Assembly: GCA_030390025.1 (NCBI GenBank)
Contig: CM059425.1
Coordinates: 175,338,001-175,402,000 of the forward strand
Length of the DNA: 64,000 bases
From: Squalus acanthias
Taxonomy: Eukaryota
Reading direction: 5' to 3'
In this document: positions 1 through 11,518 of the stretch, one piece after another
How the letters are laid out: the number at the start of each line of letters is the position of its first letter
Numbering within the stretch: the stretch's first letter is position 1
The notes under the pieces: generated by a model
The model's database searches: none
Told to the model about the DNA's origin: nothing
The model's input: the letters and a program-made list of their open reading frames with translations, nothing else
Position numbers and translations under genes: made by a program

Positions 1-1330
1 CTCTTGAAACCTCCCCCCCACTAATTAGTTTAAAGCCCTCTCTACAGCCCTAGTTATTCGATTCACCAGGATTCTAGTCCCAGCACTGGCCAAGTGAAGT
101 CCGTCCCAACGGAACAGCTTTCTCCCGTCCCAGTACTGGTGCCAGTGTCCCAAGAACCAAAACCCATTTCTCCCACACCAGTCTTTGAGCCACGCATTTA
201 ACTCTCTGATTTTATTTACCCTAGCCAAATTTGCTCGTGGCTCAGGTAGTAATCCAGAGATTATTACCCTAGAGGTTCTGTTTTTTAATTTGGCCCCTAG
301 CTGCTCATACTCCCTCAGCAGAACCTCTTTCCTTGTCCTATCTATGTCGTTGGTACCAACATCGACCACGACAACTGGATCCTCCCCGTCCAAGTTTCTC
401 TCCAGCCCAGAGGAGATGTCCTTAACCCTGGCACCAGGCAGGCAACACAGCCTTCGGGACTCTCGCTCTCGGCTGCAAAGAACCCTATCTATCCCCTTAT
501 GATACTATCCCCTACCACTACAACATTTCTTTTTACTCCCCCCACTTGAATGGCTCCCCGTTCCACTGTGCTGTGGCCAGGTTGCTCATCCTCCCTGCAG
601 TCCCTGCTCCCGTCCTCACAGGGAGTAAGAGCCTCGAACCTGTTGGACAAGAGCAAGGGCTGCGACTCCTCCAACACTACCTCCTGGATCCCCGTACCTG
701 CCTCACTCGTAGTCACACCCTCCTGTCCCTGACCACGGGCTACATCTGAATTAGTTAATCTAATTGGTGTGACTACCTCCTGGAACACAGAGTCCAGGTA
801 ACTCTCCCCCTCCCTGATGTGTCGCAGTGTTTGAAGCTCGGACTCCAGCTCATCAACACGGAGCCGGAGTTCCTCGAGCAGCCAACACTTACTGCAAATG
901 TGATCACCGTGAACATCAATGGTGTCCACCAGCTCCCACATATTGCAGCAGTAACACATCACCTGCTCTCCCATTCTATGTAATTAATTAAATTTATTAT
1001 TTTTTAAATACCCTCTGCCCCGCCTGATGAATATCACACCTTAGAAACTATAAACCACAGAGTTTAAGTCTAAAAAGAGAGAAATACTCACCAACCAATT
1101 ACTTACCTGCTTTCTGGTGACGTCACACCTCGATTATTTTTTACTTCTCTCCCTCCCTCTGAGTTCGGAGACTGGTCCCACCTTACCTGGTCTCTGGAGC
1201 CTTTTAAACCCTCTGCTGCCGCCTCGCCGCACCAGGAAGCTGACAAAGATGGAAAAAGGAAGGAACACCTCCCTCCCCGCACTCCCTCACTCACCAAACT
1301 CGCAGCTTAACACTCTGTTCCAATCTGCAC
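1..1330 (-). mobile_element. CR1 LINE 5' region: putative 5'UTR and frameshifted ORF1 (Zn-finger/leucine zipper plus SGNH esterase); runs off the window start
   Basis: ORF 489..974 has CxxC..CxxC, a heptad repeat and VVVGDS; ORF 25..393 has GTND and DGLH. Nearly identical to 36668..37655. Confidence 0.88.
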
Positions 1331-1338
1331 TCTGTGAA

Positions 1339-1481
1339 TGTTTGATGGGACAGTGTAGAGGGAGCTTTACTCTGTATCTAACCTGTGCTGTACCTGCCCT
1401 GGGAGTGTTTGATGGGACAGTGTAGAGGGAGCTTTACTCTGTATCTAACCTGTGCTGTTCCTGCCCTGGGAGTGTTTGATG
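1339..1481. repeat. 67-bp tandem repeat, about 2.1 copies
   Basis: tgtttgatgggacagtgtagagggagctttactctgtatctaacctgtgctgtacctgccctgggag starts at 1339 and 1406, with a partial copy at 1473. Confidence 0.9.
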
Positions 1482-1489
1482 AGGCAGTA

Positions 1490-2945
1490 AACTGGGCGTA
1501 TCTGTTAAAGGGTAAACAGTGAGAGATGTTCAAAAAAGAATTTAAGGTAATACAGAACCAGTTTATACCCCTGAGGGGCAAGAGCTCTACTTGCCCCCAA
1601 AAAAACATGGACGACTAAAGAGGTAAGGGTCAGCATAAAACTAAAAGAAAAAGCATGCAAAAATTCAAAAAATAGCACAGATCCTGGTGAATGGGAAAGA
1701 TACAAAGAACAGCAAAGGGTCACAAAACAGATAGTAAGAGCTACAAAAAGGGAGTATGAAAGGAAACTTGCAAGGGATATCAAAATCAACGCACAATTTT
1801 TTTTACAATTATATTAGGAAAAAGAGGGTGCTCAGGAGCAATGTTGATCCCTTAAAAATTGAAAGCGGTGATATTATCAATGATAAGGCAATAGCGGATA
1901 TGTTGAATAATTACTTTGCGTCAGTATTTACAGTAGAGGAAGAGGATAGCATGCCAGAAATCCCAAGGAAACTAATTGAGACAGGGACGCAATAAGTAAA
2001 ATAACAGTAATGAAGAAAATAATGGCACGAAAGAGTGACAAATCCCCAGGACCAGATGGTTTCCATCCCAGGGTTTTAAAGGAAGTAGGTGAGCACATTG
2101 CAGATGCCCTAACTATAATCTTCCAAAGTTCTCTCAATTCAGAAACTGTTTCTTTAGATTGGGAAATTGCGCATGTCACTTCGCTATTTAAAAATGGTGA
2201 GAGGGAAACCAGGGAATTATAGACCAATTAGCCTAACATCTGTTGTGGGGAAATTGCTAGAGTCTATCATTAACGATAGGGTGACTGAACACCCCTCAAA
2301 TTTTCAGCTGATCAGAGAGAGCCTGAATTTGTGAAAGGTCATGCCTGACAAACCTGATTGAATTTTTTGAGGAGGTGACTAAAGTAGTGGACAGGGGAAT
2401 GTCTATGGATGTTATCTATATGGACTTCCAGAAGACATTTGATGAAGTCTCACATAAGAGACTGTTACTAAGGTAGAAGCCCACGGAATTGAGGGCAAAT
2501 TATTGACCTGGTTAGGAAATTGGCTGAGTGGCAGGAGACAGGCAGTAGGGATAATGGGTAGGTACTCAAATTGGTGGGATGTGACTAGTGGTGTTCCGCA
2601 GGGATCTGTGTTGGGGCCTCAACTATTCAGTATTTATTAACAACTTCAATGATGGCATAGAAAGTCACATATCCAAATTTGCCGATGACACAAAGATAGG
2701 TGGCATTGTAGGCAGTGTAGATGGAAGCATAAAATATATCGACAGATTACGTGAATGAGCAAAACTGTGGCAAATAGATTTCAATGTAGGCAAATGTGAG
2801 TTCATCCACTTTGGACCTATAAAGGATAGAACAGGGTACTTTCTAAATGGTGAAAAGCTAAAAACAGTGGAGGTCCAAAGTGACTTGGGGGTCCAGGTAT
2901 ATAGATCATTAAAATGTCATGAACAGGTACAGAAAAAGGCTAATA
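1490..2945 (+). mobile_element. Decayed CR1 ORF2 fragment
   Basis: KSPGPDGFHPRVLKE motif; PQGSVLGP and FADD DNA near 2595-2690; many stops and frameshifts. Confidence 0.88.
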
Positions 2946-3041
2946 CAAAAAGAAAATACTGCAGATGCTGAAAATCTGAAATAAAAACAGAAAATGCTGG
3001 AGAAACTCAGCAGGTCAGGCAGCATCTGTGAAGAGAGAAAG

Positions 3042-3078
3042 AGTTAACGTTTCAGGTCGAAGACCTTTCGTCAGAACT
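3042..3078 (-). ncRNA. Minimal hammerhead ribozyme motif in PLE pseudo-LTR
   Basis: Minus strand reads AGUU-CUGACGA-A-AGGUC-uuc-GACCU-GAAA-CGUU-AACU. Confidence 0.7.
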
Positions 3079-3812
3079 GGAAAAAAGCAGGAAATAGAAC
3101 AGATTTTTAAGCAAGTGTCGAGGCTGGGAAAGGGGGGAGGGGATGAAAGAAGAAAAGGGAAGATCTGTGATAGGATAGAAGGCGGAAGAGGTTAAGAGAC
3201 ATTAAGAGATATTCAAGGCAAAAGGAGATGGGTAATAGGACAAGTTAAGAAACAAAAGATGGCTCGAGATGAAGTGTAAATGGCACTGGCAGAATGAAAG
3301 ACAGCTGCCATGTGGGGGAGAGAAAAAATAAAATAAAATAAAATAAATGGAAAGAAAAAAGCATAGGGGCAGAGGTTATGGTCTGAAATTGTTGAACTCT
3401 ATGTTGAGTCCAGAAGGCTGTAAAGTGCCTAATCGAAAGATGAGCTGCTGTTCCTCGAGCTTACGTTGAGCTTCATTGGAACAGTGTAAGAGGCCGAGGA
3501 CGGTGAGGTCTGAGTGGGAGTGGAGCGGAGAATTAAAGTGACAGGCGACCGGAAGCTCGGGATCACCCTTACGGACTGGCACTCTCATTCTGCCAGTGCC
3601 ATTTACACTTCATCTAGAGCCATCTTTTGTTTCTTAACTTGTCCCATTACCATCTCCTTCTGCCTTGCACCATCTCTTAATCTCTCTTAATGTCTCTTAA
3701 TCTCTCCTGCCTTCCATCCTATCACAGACCTTCCCTTTTGTTCTTTCCTCCCCTCCCCCCTTTCACGGCCCCTGCACTTGCTTAAAAACCTGTTCCATCT
3801 CCAGCTTTTTCC

Positions 3813-3849
3813 AGTTCTGATGAAGGGTCACCGACCTGAAACGTTAACT
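3813..3849 (+). ncRNA. Minimal hammerhead ribozyme motif in PLE pseudo-LTR
   Basis: AGUU-CUGAUGA-A-GGGUC-acc-GACCU-GAAA-CGUU-AACU: helix I AGUU/AACU, helix II 5 bp, palindromic ACGU helix III. Confidence 0.7.
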
Positions 3850-3912
3850 CTGTTTCTTTCTCCACAGATGCTGCGTGACCTGCTGAGTATTTCCAGCATT
3901 TTCTGTTTTTAT

Positions 3913-4990
3913 GCCTCCTTTCTAGTTGGGCGAAGAACATACTGGTCAAGGAAATTTTCCTGAACACATTTCAGAAATTCCTCCCCCGCCTTTCCCTTTA
4001 CCCTAGCATTATCCCAATTGATGTTTGGGTAATTAAAGTCCCCCAATATCACCACTCTATAGCTCTTGCATATCTCTGCAATTTCCCTGCAGATTTGCTC
4101 CTCTACCTCCCTCTCACTATTTGGAGGCCTATAGAATACCCCAATAGCGTGATCATACCCTTTTTGCTCCTCAACTCTAACCAAACGGATTCTGTCCTTG
4201 TCCCCTCAAGAACATCCTCCCTTTCCCAACACTACAATGTCTTCCTTAATCAGCACTGCCACCCCACCTCCCTTTTTTCCTTCCCTATCTTTTCTGAACA
4301 CCTTGTACCCATGAATATTAAGTGCCCAGTCCTCACCTCTTTTAAGCCACGTTTCCGTTATTGCCACAACATCATATTGCCACACGGCTAATTGTGCTTG
4401 GCGCTCACCAACCTTATTCACCACACTTTGTGCGTTTACGTACATGCATTCTAAACCCATTTTTGAATTTTTCGTAGTCTGCTCCTAGCTAATATGATAC
4501 TACTTCCGCCTCTAATACTACTTTCTTTTCTAGTACTATCCAACACACTCACTCTTTTATGCACCTTATTCCTCTTTTCTACTCCTATATGCTGGTGCCC
4601 ATCCCCCTGTCAAGCTAGTTTAAATCCCCCGCCCCCCAACAGCACTAGCAAACCTCCCCGCATGAATATTGGTCCCGGCTCTGTTGAGATGTAACCCGTC
4701 TGGCTTGTACAGGTGCCACCTTCCCCAGAAACGGTCCCAATGCCCCAGGAATCTAAAGCCCTCCCTCCTGCACCATCTCTCCAGCCACGCATTCACCTGT
4801 TCTATCCTCCTATTCCTGTACTCACTAGCACGTGGCACTGGGAGTAATCCGGAGATTACTACCTTTTGAGGTCCTGCTTTTTAATCTCTTTCCTAGCTCC
4901 CTATAGTCTGCCTGCAGGACCTCATCCCTCTTTCTGCCTATGTCGTTGGTACCGATATGGATAACGACCTCTGACTGTTCACCCTCCTGT
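3913..4990 (-). mobile_element. CR1 fragment: end of ORF1 esterase and start of the ORF2 endonuclease
   Basis: HIGTND, DGLHLN, VAITETW, FYRPP and LGDFN motifs across broken ORFs. Confidence 0.88.
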
Positions 4991-6405
4991 ATGTATTTCA
5001 TTTTTTCTTCAACCATCAGTCGGTCTCATCTGCCGGTTCTACACCAGCGACAGTATTTAAAACTTTACAGCCTCATCCATGAGTTTTCTCCTGGGAACAG
5101 TGTTTAAAAATTTGAATTGACTAAAAGCTGGTCTCATCTGCAGGTTTTCCTCAGTCAGCCAGGAACATGGTTTAAAATATTCTCTTTGGCTGTCAATCTC
5201 GTGCTCTCTCTTACTACCTCACATACACTGATACATACACATGTCAGCAAATAGAATGTTTACATTTTGTAACTCAATTAAACGCAGGTGAGATAATTAG
5301 AAGTTTTCTGTTTGCTTCAAAATTCAACTCTGAAATATGAACTAAAATTAGTATGAGGCTACATTTCTTAGCTTAAAACACTTTCTGAAGTTTATAGAAC
5401 CCAAAACAAAAGCTACAGTAAATATGTAATCAGCTCTTTCACACACATTCACATCTGTGCTGTTTCACTTGCATGCAATTTTTGTTTCCACCAGTAGTGT
5501 ATCACCTGGACCTGAAACTATTATCATGAGCTAACCTTGGAAAATTGGAAGCGAACAACACACTTCCCTTTGTGTCTAATCTAAAACCTGCCAATGACCA
5601 TTCCTGCTTAAACTACACTAATATCAATATATTGGGATTATATTTACAGGATCTGATGTAACTTCCATCAGGTTTATTCTCACAAAAATAAGTAAATAAT
5701 TAAATAGAAAGTAAGTTCTAAGGAGCTGGGGAGTCGTAGGTCCAGGGTATTGGCTGAGAGTGTGGGGAGGTCTGAATTGATACTGTTTCTGAAGTTTGCA
5801 TTGAACTTTATGAAATAGTGTAGGAGACTGAGAAGCATGGAGCTTGGTTAGAACAATGTAAGGAGCCAAACAAGCTGAACACAAGCTGTAAGTACAGTAT
5901 GCTCTTTTTGGAACTTTGCAGTCCTTTGGTCTGAACATTGATTTCAGCAGCTTCAGTTCTTGGCTGTCTCTCCTATTTTTGTGACTGTTTCTCTTTTCTA
6001 CATCATTTCCTTACATTTTAGAGATGATTTAACTCCTTTTGCCTTTTTTAATACTTTATCACAGCTTGAGTTATTCTCACTTCCATTTGCTGTTGGAAAA
6101 CCTATTCACAAATGACTAACTACTTCTTTACAAGTAGTTATCCTGACTCTTGACGTTTAATCCCAGTCTGAACAAGAGGCTTGCTTATTTCCGGCTTTGA
6201 GTTCTGACAAAAGAGTTGCACCCAAAATGTTGGTAGCTATGAAGAAGAAAGGTAGGTTGACAGATCTGTTGTGTATTTCCAGCATTTCCTTTTTTTATTC
6301 TTCCAAATGCTGGTCACATAGTTTGCATGAAATTCTGGTAATGTGTTTTTATCAGCACCAGCAGTAATCATGAAACTGAATATATATAGTTTTTTTTAAT
6401 GTTAG

Positions 6406-6569
6406 ATGCCTGTAGTGACCTCAACTCAGAGCTTCAGAGGGTATTGACTGGGCTGGAGAATGTAGTCTGTGGAAGGAAGAAAAGCAGTTGCAATCTATCA
6501 GTGGCAGAAGTGGACAGACACATTGAACAACTTACCACTGCAAGTGAGCACTGTGACCTGGCTATAAAG
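6406..6569 (+). CDS. MCC: MCC internal coding exon A (164 nt)
   Basis: Acceptor ttttaatgttAG; encodes ACSDLNSELQRVLTGLENVVCGRKKSSCNLSVAEVDRHIEQLTTASEHCDLAIK; donor GTatac. Peptide recognised as vertebrate MCC. Confidence 0.95.
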
Positions 6570-6944
6570 GTATACATTTACTCAAGTTCATCAAATGTTT
6601 TGGCCTTTAAATTCATCTATCTGTTCCCGCTCTGCCACCATAATTTCGCTGGGGTTCCCACTGAACTTCAAGTGAAATTACATCAGCAGAACAAGAGGAA
6701 ATGTCTGGCTTTTTTCTTGTCCACTAATTATATTATCTATCTAATCTCTTTGTCTGCCCAGCGAGTGCCTAATACATCACACCTGAAAATGCCACATTTC
6801 AGAGCAAAAATTAGTGTTTGGCTGAAAAGAGGACTTACCTGCTTTTTAAAAAATTCATTCATGGGATGTGGGTGTCGCTGGCTAGGCGTTTCTGATCAAA
6901 TATCCCACTGGCTAAATGGGAACAAATCAAAAGCAGTTTAATTC

Positions 6945-7129
6945 AGAGTACGTTGAGTATATTCAAGACAGAGATCGATAGATTTTTGACTATTAAGGGA
7001 ATTAAGGGATATTGGGATAGTTCAGGAAAGTGGAGATGAGGTAGAAGATCAGCCATGATCTTATTGAATGGCGGAGCAGGCTCGAAGGGCCAAATGGCCT
7101 ACTCCTGCTCCTATTTCTTATGTTCTTAT
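6945..7129 (+). mobile_element. CR1 3' tail
   Basis: ggagcaggctcgaagggccaaatggcctactcctgctcc hairpin followed by ttcttatgttcttat. Confidence 0.85.
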
Positions 7130-7569
7130 AAGTAGCAATGAGGAAAGATTCAGCAAGAAAAAAGTGACCAATCACATTGCTCAATTGGCAAATTGCAGGA
7201 GCTAACCAAGTAAACTGGAAAAAATGAAGTTGATTTGACAATTTGGGCTCCCTTTCCTTAGTTGCTTGTCTTGGGTGTACCGAATATGCCACTCCTACCT
7301 GGGCCTGTCAGACAAGACCTGTGTTTGGTACTTCTGCTTTACTGCAGACACCGTGATGGCTATGCCATCTGTTTAGCATAACTTGCAGACCACACCAAGG
7401 ACTGGGTCAGCTCCTCCTGTTGGTCACACCTGGTCTTGGTGTACTTGACATCCAGTGCCCCAAAAAGAGCCTCTTTCCTCTTCAGTATCATATTTACATG
7501 CTTGTGCAGAGACCTGCCCTTAATTAAGCTTTTCCAGTGCATATCTCAGTAATAGCTCCATAATTATGC

Positions 7570-7810
7570 TAAAGCTCCCATGATGATACTAGAAAGAAAG
7601 CGGGGCACTCTTCTGGAGTTCCGGCAAACAGTCCTCTCAACCAGTGCCACCAAAAGCAAATGAACTGGTCATTCATCTCATTGATTTTTGTGGGTTCTGT
7701 CTGTATGCAAAATGGCTGTCATATTTCTCAACATAGCAAATCACTGCATTTAAAAATTAGTTCATTGTACCTCAAAGGTTTTGAGAACTTTCAGAGAGTT
7801 GTAATAAAGT
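7570..7810 (+). mobile_element. Decayed Deu-type SINE body and 3' part
   Basis: ctggtcattcatctcattg..tgtggg motif shared with 25258..25410; resembles SacSINE1/AmnSINE1 consensus as recalled. Confidence 0.5.
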
Positions 7811-7881
7811 AGTTATTTTCCTGTCCGTTATGTTCGTAGGTTAATATTGAAATTGTTAATTGAAACTGAAACTGCCCAAGT

Positions 7882-8147
7882 GTCAGCTTGGCTCAGTGGT
7901 AGTATCCACACTTCTGATTTAGGAGACTGTGGGTTCAAGCCTCATTCCCGGGCTTGAGCATGTAATCTAGGCTGAGATTTATGCATTACTGAGAGTACTA
8001 CTTTGTCAAAAGTACTGTCTTTCAGAATAGAGTTAAATTGACCTGCAGGTGGATGTAAAAGATTCCATGTCACTTTTTTTGAAGAGGAGGAGGAGCAGGG
8101 ATTGCTCCTGGTGTCCTGGTCAACATTCAACCCTCCACCACCAAACA
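7882..8147 (+). mobile_element. tRNA-headed Deu-type SINE (SacSINE1-like), 3'-truncated
   Basis: Box A TGGCTCAGTGG (7889) and box B GTTCAAGCC (7933); body ggatgtaaaagattccatg...ctcctggtgtcctgg. Confidence 0.65.
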
Positions 8148-8274
8148 ATTTGAATTTTACATACTGTTAGTAATCTGTCTTTTTCCATTAACTGAAGCTA
8201 CTTTACTTCATACTTTGCAACTTCGCAATAATTAAGTATGTTTTGTTTGTACCTCTATTTAACATTCCTAATAG

Positions 8275-8481
8275 ACTGTAGAGGAGATTGAGGGAGTACT
8301 GGGACGTGACTTCTATCCAACTCTTGCTGAAGAGAGATCGCGATGGGAGAAGGAGTTAGCAGCCCTTCGGGAAGAAAATGAAAGCCTCACGGCGATGCTG
8401 TGTAGTAAAGAAGACGACCTAAACAGGACAAAGGCCACCATGAATGCTATTCGTGAGGAAAGAGACCGGTTGCGTCGGAGG
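8275..8481 (+). CDS. MCC: MCC exon B (207 nt), followed by a GC donor
   Basis: Acceptor ctaatAG; encodes TVEEIEGVLGRDFYPTLAEERSRWEKELAALREENESLTAMLCSKEDDLNRTKATMNAIREERDRLRRR; donor GCaagt. In frame with exons A and C. Confidence 0.95.
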
Positions 8482-8907
8482 GCAAGTATCGGTTCTACAA
8501 CAAATTCTACAATATGATGAACAAGTAATATATATACTTGCATATAAGGTGAAACACATACAAGACCTTCCAAAAGTCCCCACCCTCCCAAAAAAAACTT
8601 AACAATCCATGAGCCTTGCATAAGACAAGCATCAACATTGCAAATCTTCTGTTCATCTAAATTCTGATCCTCATGTTGCCTAGTGTCCACAAATACATTT
8701 TATCGGTTTCTCATTTGAGCCAGCACATTCCTAGCTGTTCCATTTTTCCAAAGTCATGTTATTTAAATAGCAATTCTCCCTCCTGACTTTGATCCTGGCT
8801 CTCCCTGCTGATTTATTTGTTTATTCTTCCCAACTAAAAATCTTCCACTTTTTTTCCTCAGTTACTAATATGAATATATAATGTTTGGGAGATTGATTGT
8901 AACACAA

Positions 8908-9052
8908 CCCGCCCGGTGGGAAACTGACGACTGGGTGGGTCACCCATTTTATGCCCCGCCTAATTTTCCTTTCCAGTGCCTTCAATAGGAAGGAAAATTG
9001 GACGGGGTGTAAAACAGGTCGCCATTGTGCTGCTGTCAGTTTCTTGCTGGGC
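8908..9052. mobile_element. Imperfect palindromic MITE-like hairpin
   Basis: Arms gaaactgac..ttttatgccccgcctaattttcctt and aaggaaaattggacggggtgtaaaa..gtcagtttc. Confidence 0.55.
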
Positions 9053-9434
9053 ACTTTGAGTTAAAAGTGACCACATATTTTTTCTCGACCTTGTATCTCC
9101 GGGTGGATTTGTAATTCTTGCTGAAGCCTTGTAAAAATCTTGCCTGTTGATGCAATGGTTATGTATGCAACAGCAACATTTTTAATTTAATGGCGTAAAC
9201 TCCATAAAATGGCGCGGATTTTGCGGTCAGCGGCGAAGGAAAGGCGATCGGCATTCACCTCACTGATAGCTGCCCCCAAAGTTTTCGTAGGCTTTTGAAC
9301 AGAGACTTGCTCTAATCTGGCGTCTGATCCAGGGTGCAGCCTCTACAGGGTGTGCATCTGTGGTGTTTGTGAGCAGATTAAGAAACAGTGAGGCTCTTCA
9401 ACCAATCAGATTGAAGCGTCCTCACTGAGACACA

Positions 9435-10628
9435 GGGCAGGATTTTAACTTGGAGGCAGGTCGGGAGCGGGGGGCTGGATTGTGGTCTCAGGCCCTCCAT
9501 GATTAACATTTTTTTCTCTGTTCGAGCCAGATTGCGAGGCTGGCTGGCTGTTGGGCGGGTAGCGTGCGGCACCAGGCTGCAGCTGGGGAGCAGAGGAGGG
9601 AGCGAGGGATTGGAGAGGGGGGTCAGAAGGCAGGGATTTGGGGGGTGTGGGGGGAAGAGAGAGAGAGAGTGGCAGCAGTCGGAAGGTTGGAATTGGGTGG
9701 GGAGGATGGTGTGGGGGAGGTTGGAAGGCCGGGATTGGTGGGCAGGAGCGGGGTCGGGGACGGAAGGCCTGAGGCGGGGATTGGAAGTCCGGAGGGAGAG
9801 GCCGGGGATCGGAAGCCAGTGCGGGAGGGCCAGGGATTGGAGGCCAGGAGGGGTGGGGGGGGGGAGGGCGGGGATACGGGGATTGGAAGGGCTGGGGCTG
9901 GGAATGGAAGGCCGGGGAGGGGGAGTGGAGATTGGAAGTCCGGAGTGTGGGGCCGGAGATCAGAAAGCTTGGGGGAGTGGGTGTCGGGCCGGGGGTCAGA
10001 AGGGCGGGGGGGGACGGGAATGGAAAGCCGGAGGGGGAATTGGAGATCGGAGGCCTGGTGGGGGAGTTCGGAGGCCTCATGGGTGGGAGGTTGGGGGGAG
10101 ATCGGAAGGGTCTGGGGCAATGTGTTCTCTTTTTTTGGTGCGCGGTCCCTTTAAAAATTTGTGTGCGTTATCTTTTCCAGCGGCAGCAGCTGGTGAACAA
10201 CCTGCGCGGGACCTCCCGATTGGTGCACACCTTGGGGGGAACACTGGTTGGGGGGGCGGGGGGTTGGCGAGGCAGGGACACTGAATCCAGCGGGTAAGTG
10301 GAAAGACACTTGGCTCCTGGATCCAGCAGTCCTCGCCTTCCTTTAGCTGCCGGGTTCCCCGAGACATGGGAAATCGGGCCGCCCAGCGTTAAAGTTAAAA
10401 TGGGGATTCAAAATGAGGCACGCAGCCTCCTTATAATTAAAGAGCCAACCTGCCTCCCGGGAGTGGGTTGGCCGCCTGCTCCCTGTACCGCCTCCATTAA
10501 AACCGGAAGTGGGTGGGGTTGGATTTGGGTTGGGGTCGGATTTGGGTTGGGGTCAGGATTCAGATTTCAACACTTTAACCACCCACATGACCCAAACTTG
10601 CCTGTTTTTGGGGGTTAAAATTCCCTCC
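9435..10628. mobile_element. Nested Harbinger-like MITE with a G-rich tandem core
   Basis: TIRs gggcaggattttaac / gttaaaattccctcc and 3-bp TSD ACA; absent from the homologue near 62105..62135. Confidence 0.7.
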
Positions 10629-10947
10629 ACAGATTCTAAAGCAGGAAGTATAAATTAGATTTAAATCATGTACAGAAAGCAAAATAAAGATTGGGGAAGA
10701 CAAATGGGATTATAAGAGACAGACCGAAACAGTAAAAAAAAAATGTACATTTTCTAAAATCTCTAATACTAATTAACTTCTGAAGGAATGAGACTCCACA
10801 TTTCTAAAATTAAATTTTCAGGTCCAGGAGAGGTTGTTTGGCCGTAATTATCACTTATCCCGTTAAAAATTCACTTACTCCTGAATGTACCAGCCCTATC
10901 TTTTTCTGGCATGTTTAGTGGGTAACTGGTGGGTAAGTGCCTCACCT

Positions 10948-11175
10948 TGAATCTATGGAATTCTCTTCCACAGAAGGTTGTTGAGGCCAGTTCGCTAAAT
11001 ATATTCAAAAGGGAGTTAGATATAACACTCACAACTAAGGGGATCAAAGGGTATGGCGAGAAAGCAGGAATGGGGTACTGAGGTAGCATGTTCAGCCATG
11101 AACGCATTGAATGGCGGTGCAGGCTCGAAGGACCGAATGGTCTACTCCTGTACCTATTTTCTATGTTTCTATGTT
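10948..11175 (+). mobile_element. Young CR1 3' end
   Basis: Near-identical to the reverse complement of 40868..41095; (tttctatg)n tail. Confidence 0.88.
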
Positions 11176-11518
11176 TCACGACGTTGCATGTATTTAAATG
11201 CCGAGTCTATCGGTGCGGTTCTGTTATAGCGCAGCCTGTGGAGGAGCAGGGTAGCTCGGACCACAACTTCCGGATTTCTGCGTTTAACTGCGCATGTGCG
11301 TACTCCGGAAATTGCTGTCCGATTTACTCTTTAATAACTGTGAGCGCTGACAGCCTTTTCGTTATTATTAACGCAAAATCCGGGCCATGGTTTTTATGTT
11401 TTGTATTGCCTCATACCCCTCACAGTTGTTGCTTGTAAATTATGTTTGTTATGGTTCACTCGAGGTATTGCCGTTGCATTAGAATAGGGTAAAAGCTATT
11501 GCTTCCATAATTTCCTTC

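Larger units (their letters stand above)
2946..3912 (-). mobile_element. 5'-truncated Penelope-like element with an inverted pseudo-LTR
   Basis: ORF 3376..3588 is a GIY-YIG C-terminus (PVACHFN...LEEQQLIFRLGTLQPSGLN), homologous to 45922..46329. 2980..3298 and 3584..3910 are diverged inverted copies. Confidence 0.85.
9211..11386. mobile_element. Non-autonomous TIR element (Harbinger-like) hosting two insertions
   Basis: TIRs ggcgcggattttgcg / cgcaaaatccgggcc match at 14 of 15; reverse-oriented homologue at 61197..62330. Confidence 0.7.

Noticed and set aside
25..974. Host GDSL/SGNH lipase gene
   Set aside because: Occurs in six copies in CR1 context, upstream of ORF2 wherever ORF2 is visible; the esterase is a known CR1 ORF1 domain.
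6199..6300. Additional hammerhead in a decayed pseudo-LTR-like patch
   Set aside because: The core is broken (CTGACAA, CAAA) and helix II does not pair.
6399..6941. 180-aa single-exon gene
   Set aside because: Only 6406..6569 matches MCC; the rest is intron read-through past a GT donor.
7882..7950. Functional tRNA gene (also considered at 47885)
   Set aside because: Boxes A and B are present but I could not build a convincing cloverleaf, and both run into repeat bodies.
8313..8690. Antisense ORFs over MCC exons (also 40105..40707 and 60351..60680)
   Set aside because: Shadow ORFs with no recognisable motif.
9445..10297. Long Pro-rich and Gly-rich ORFs in several frames
   Set aside because: Artefact of a stop-poor G-rich repeat inside a MITE.
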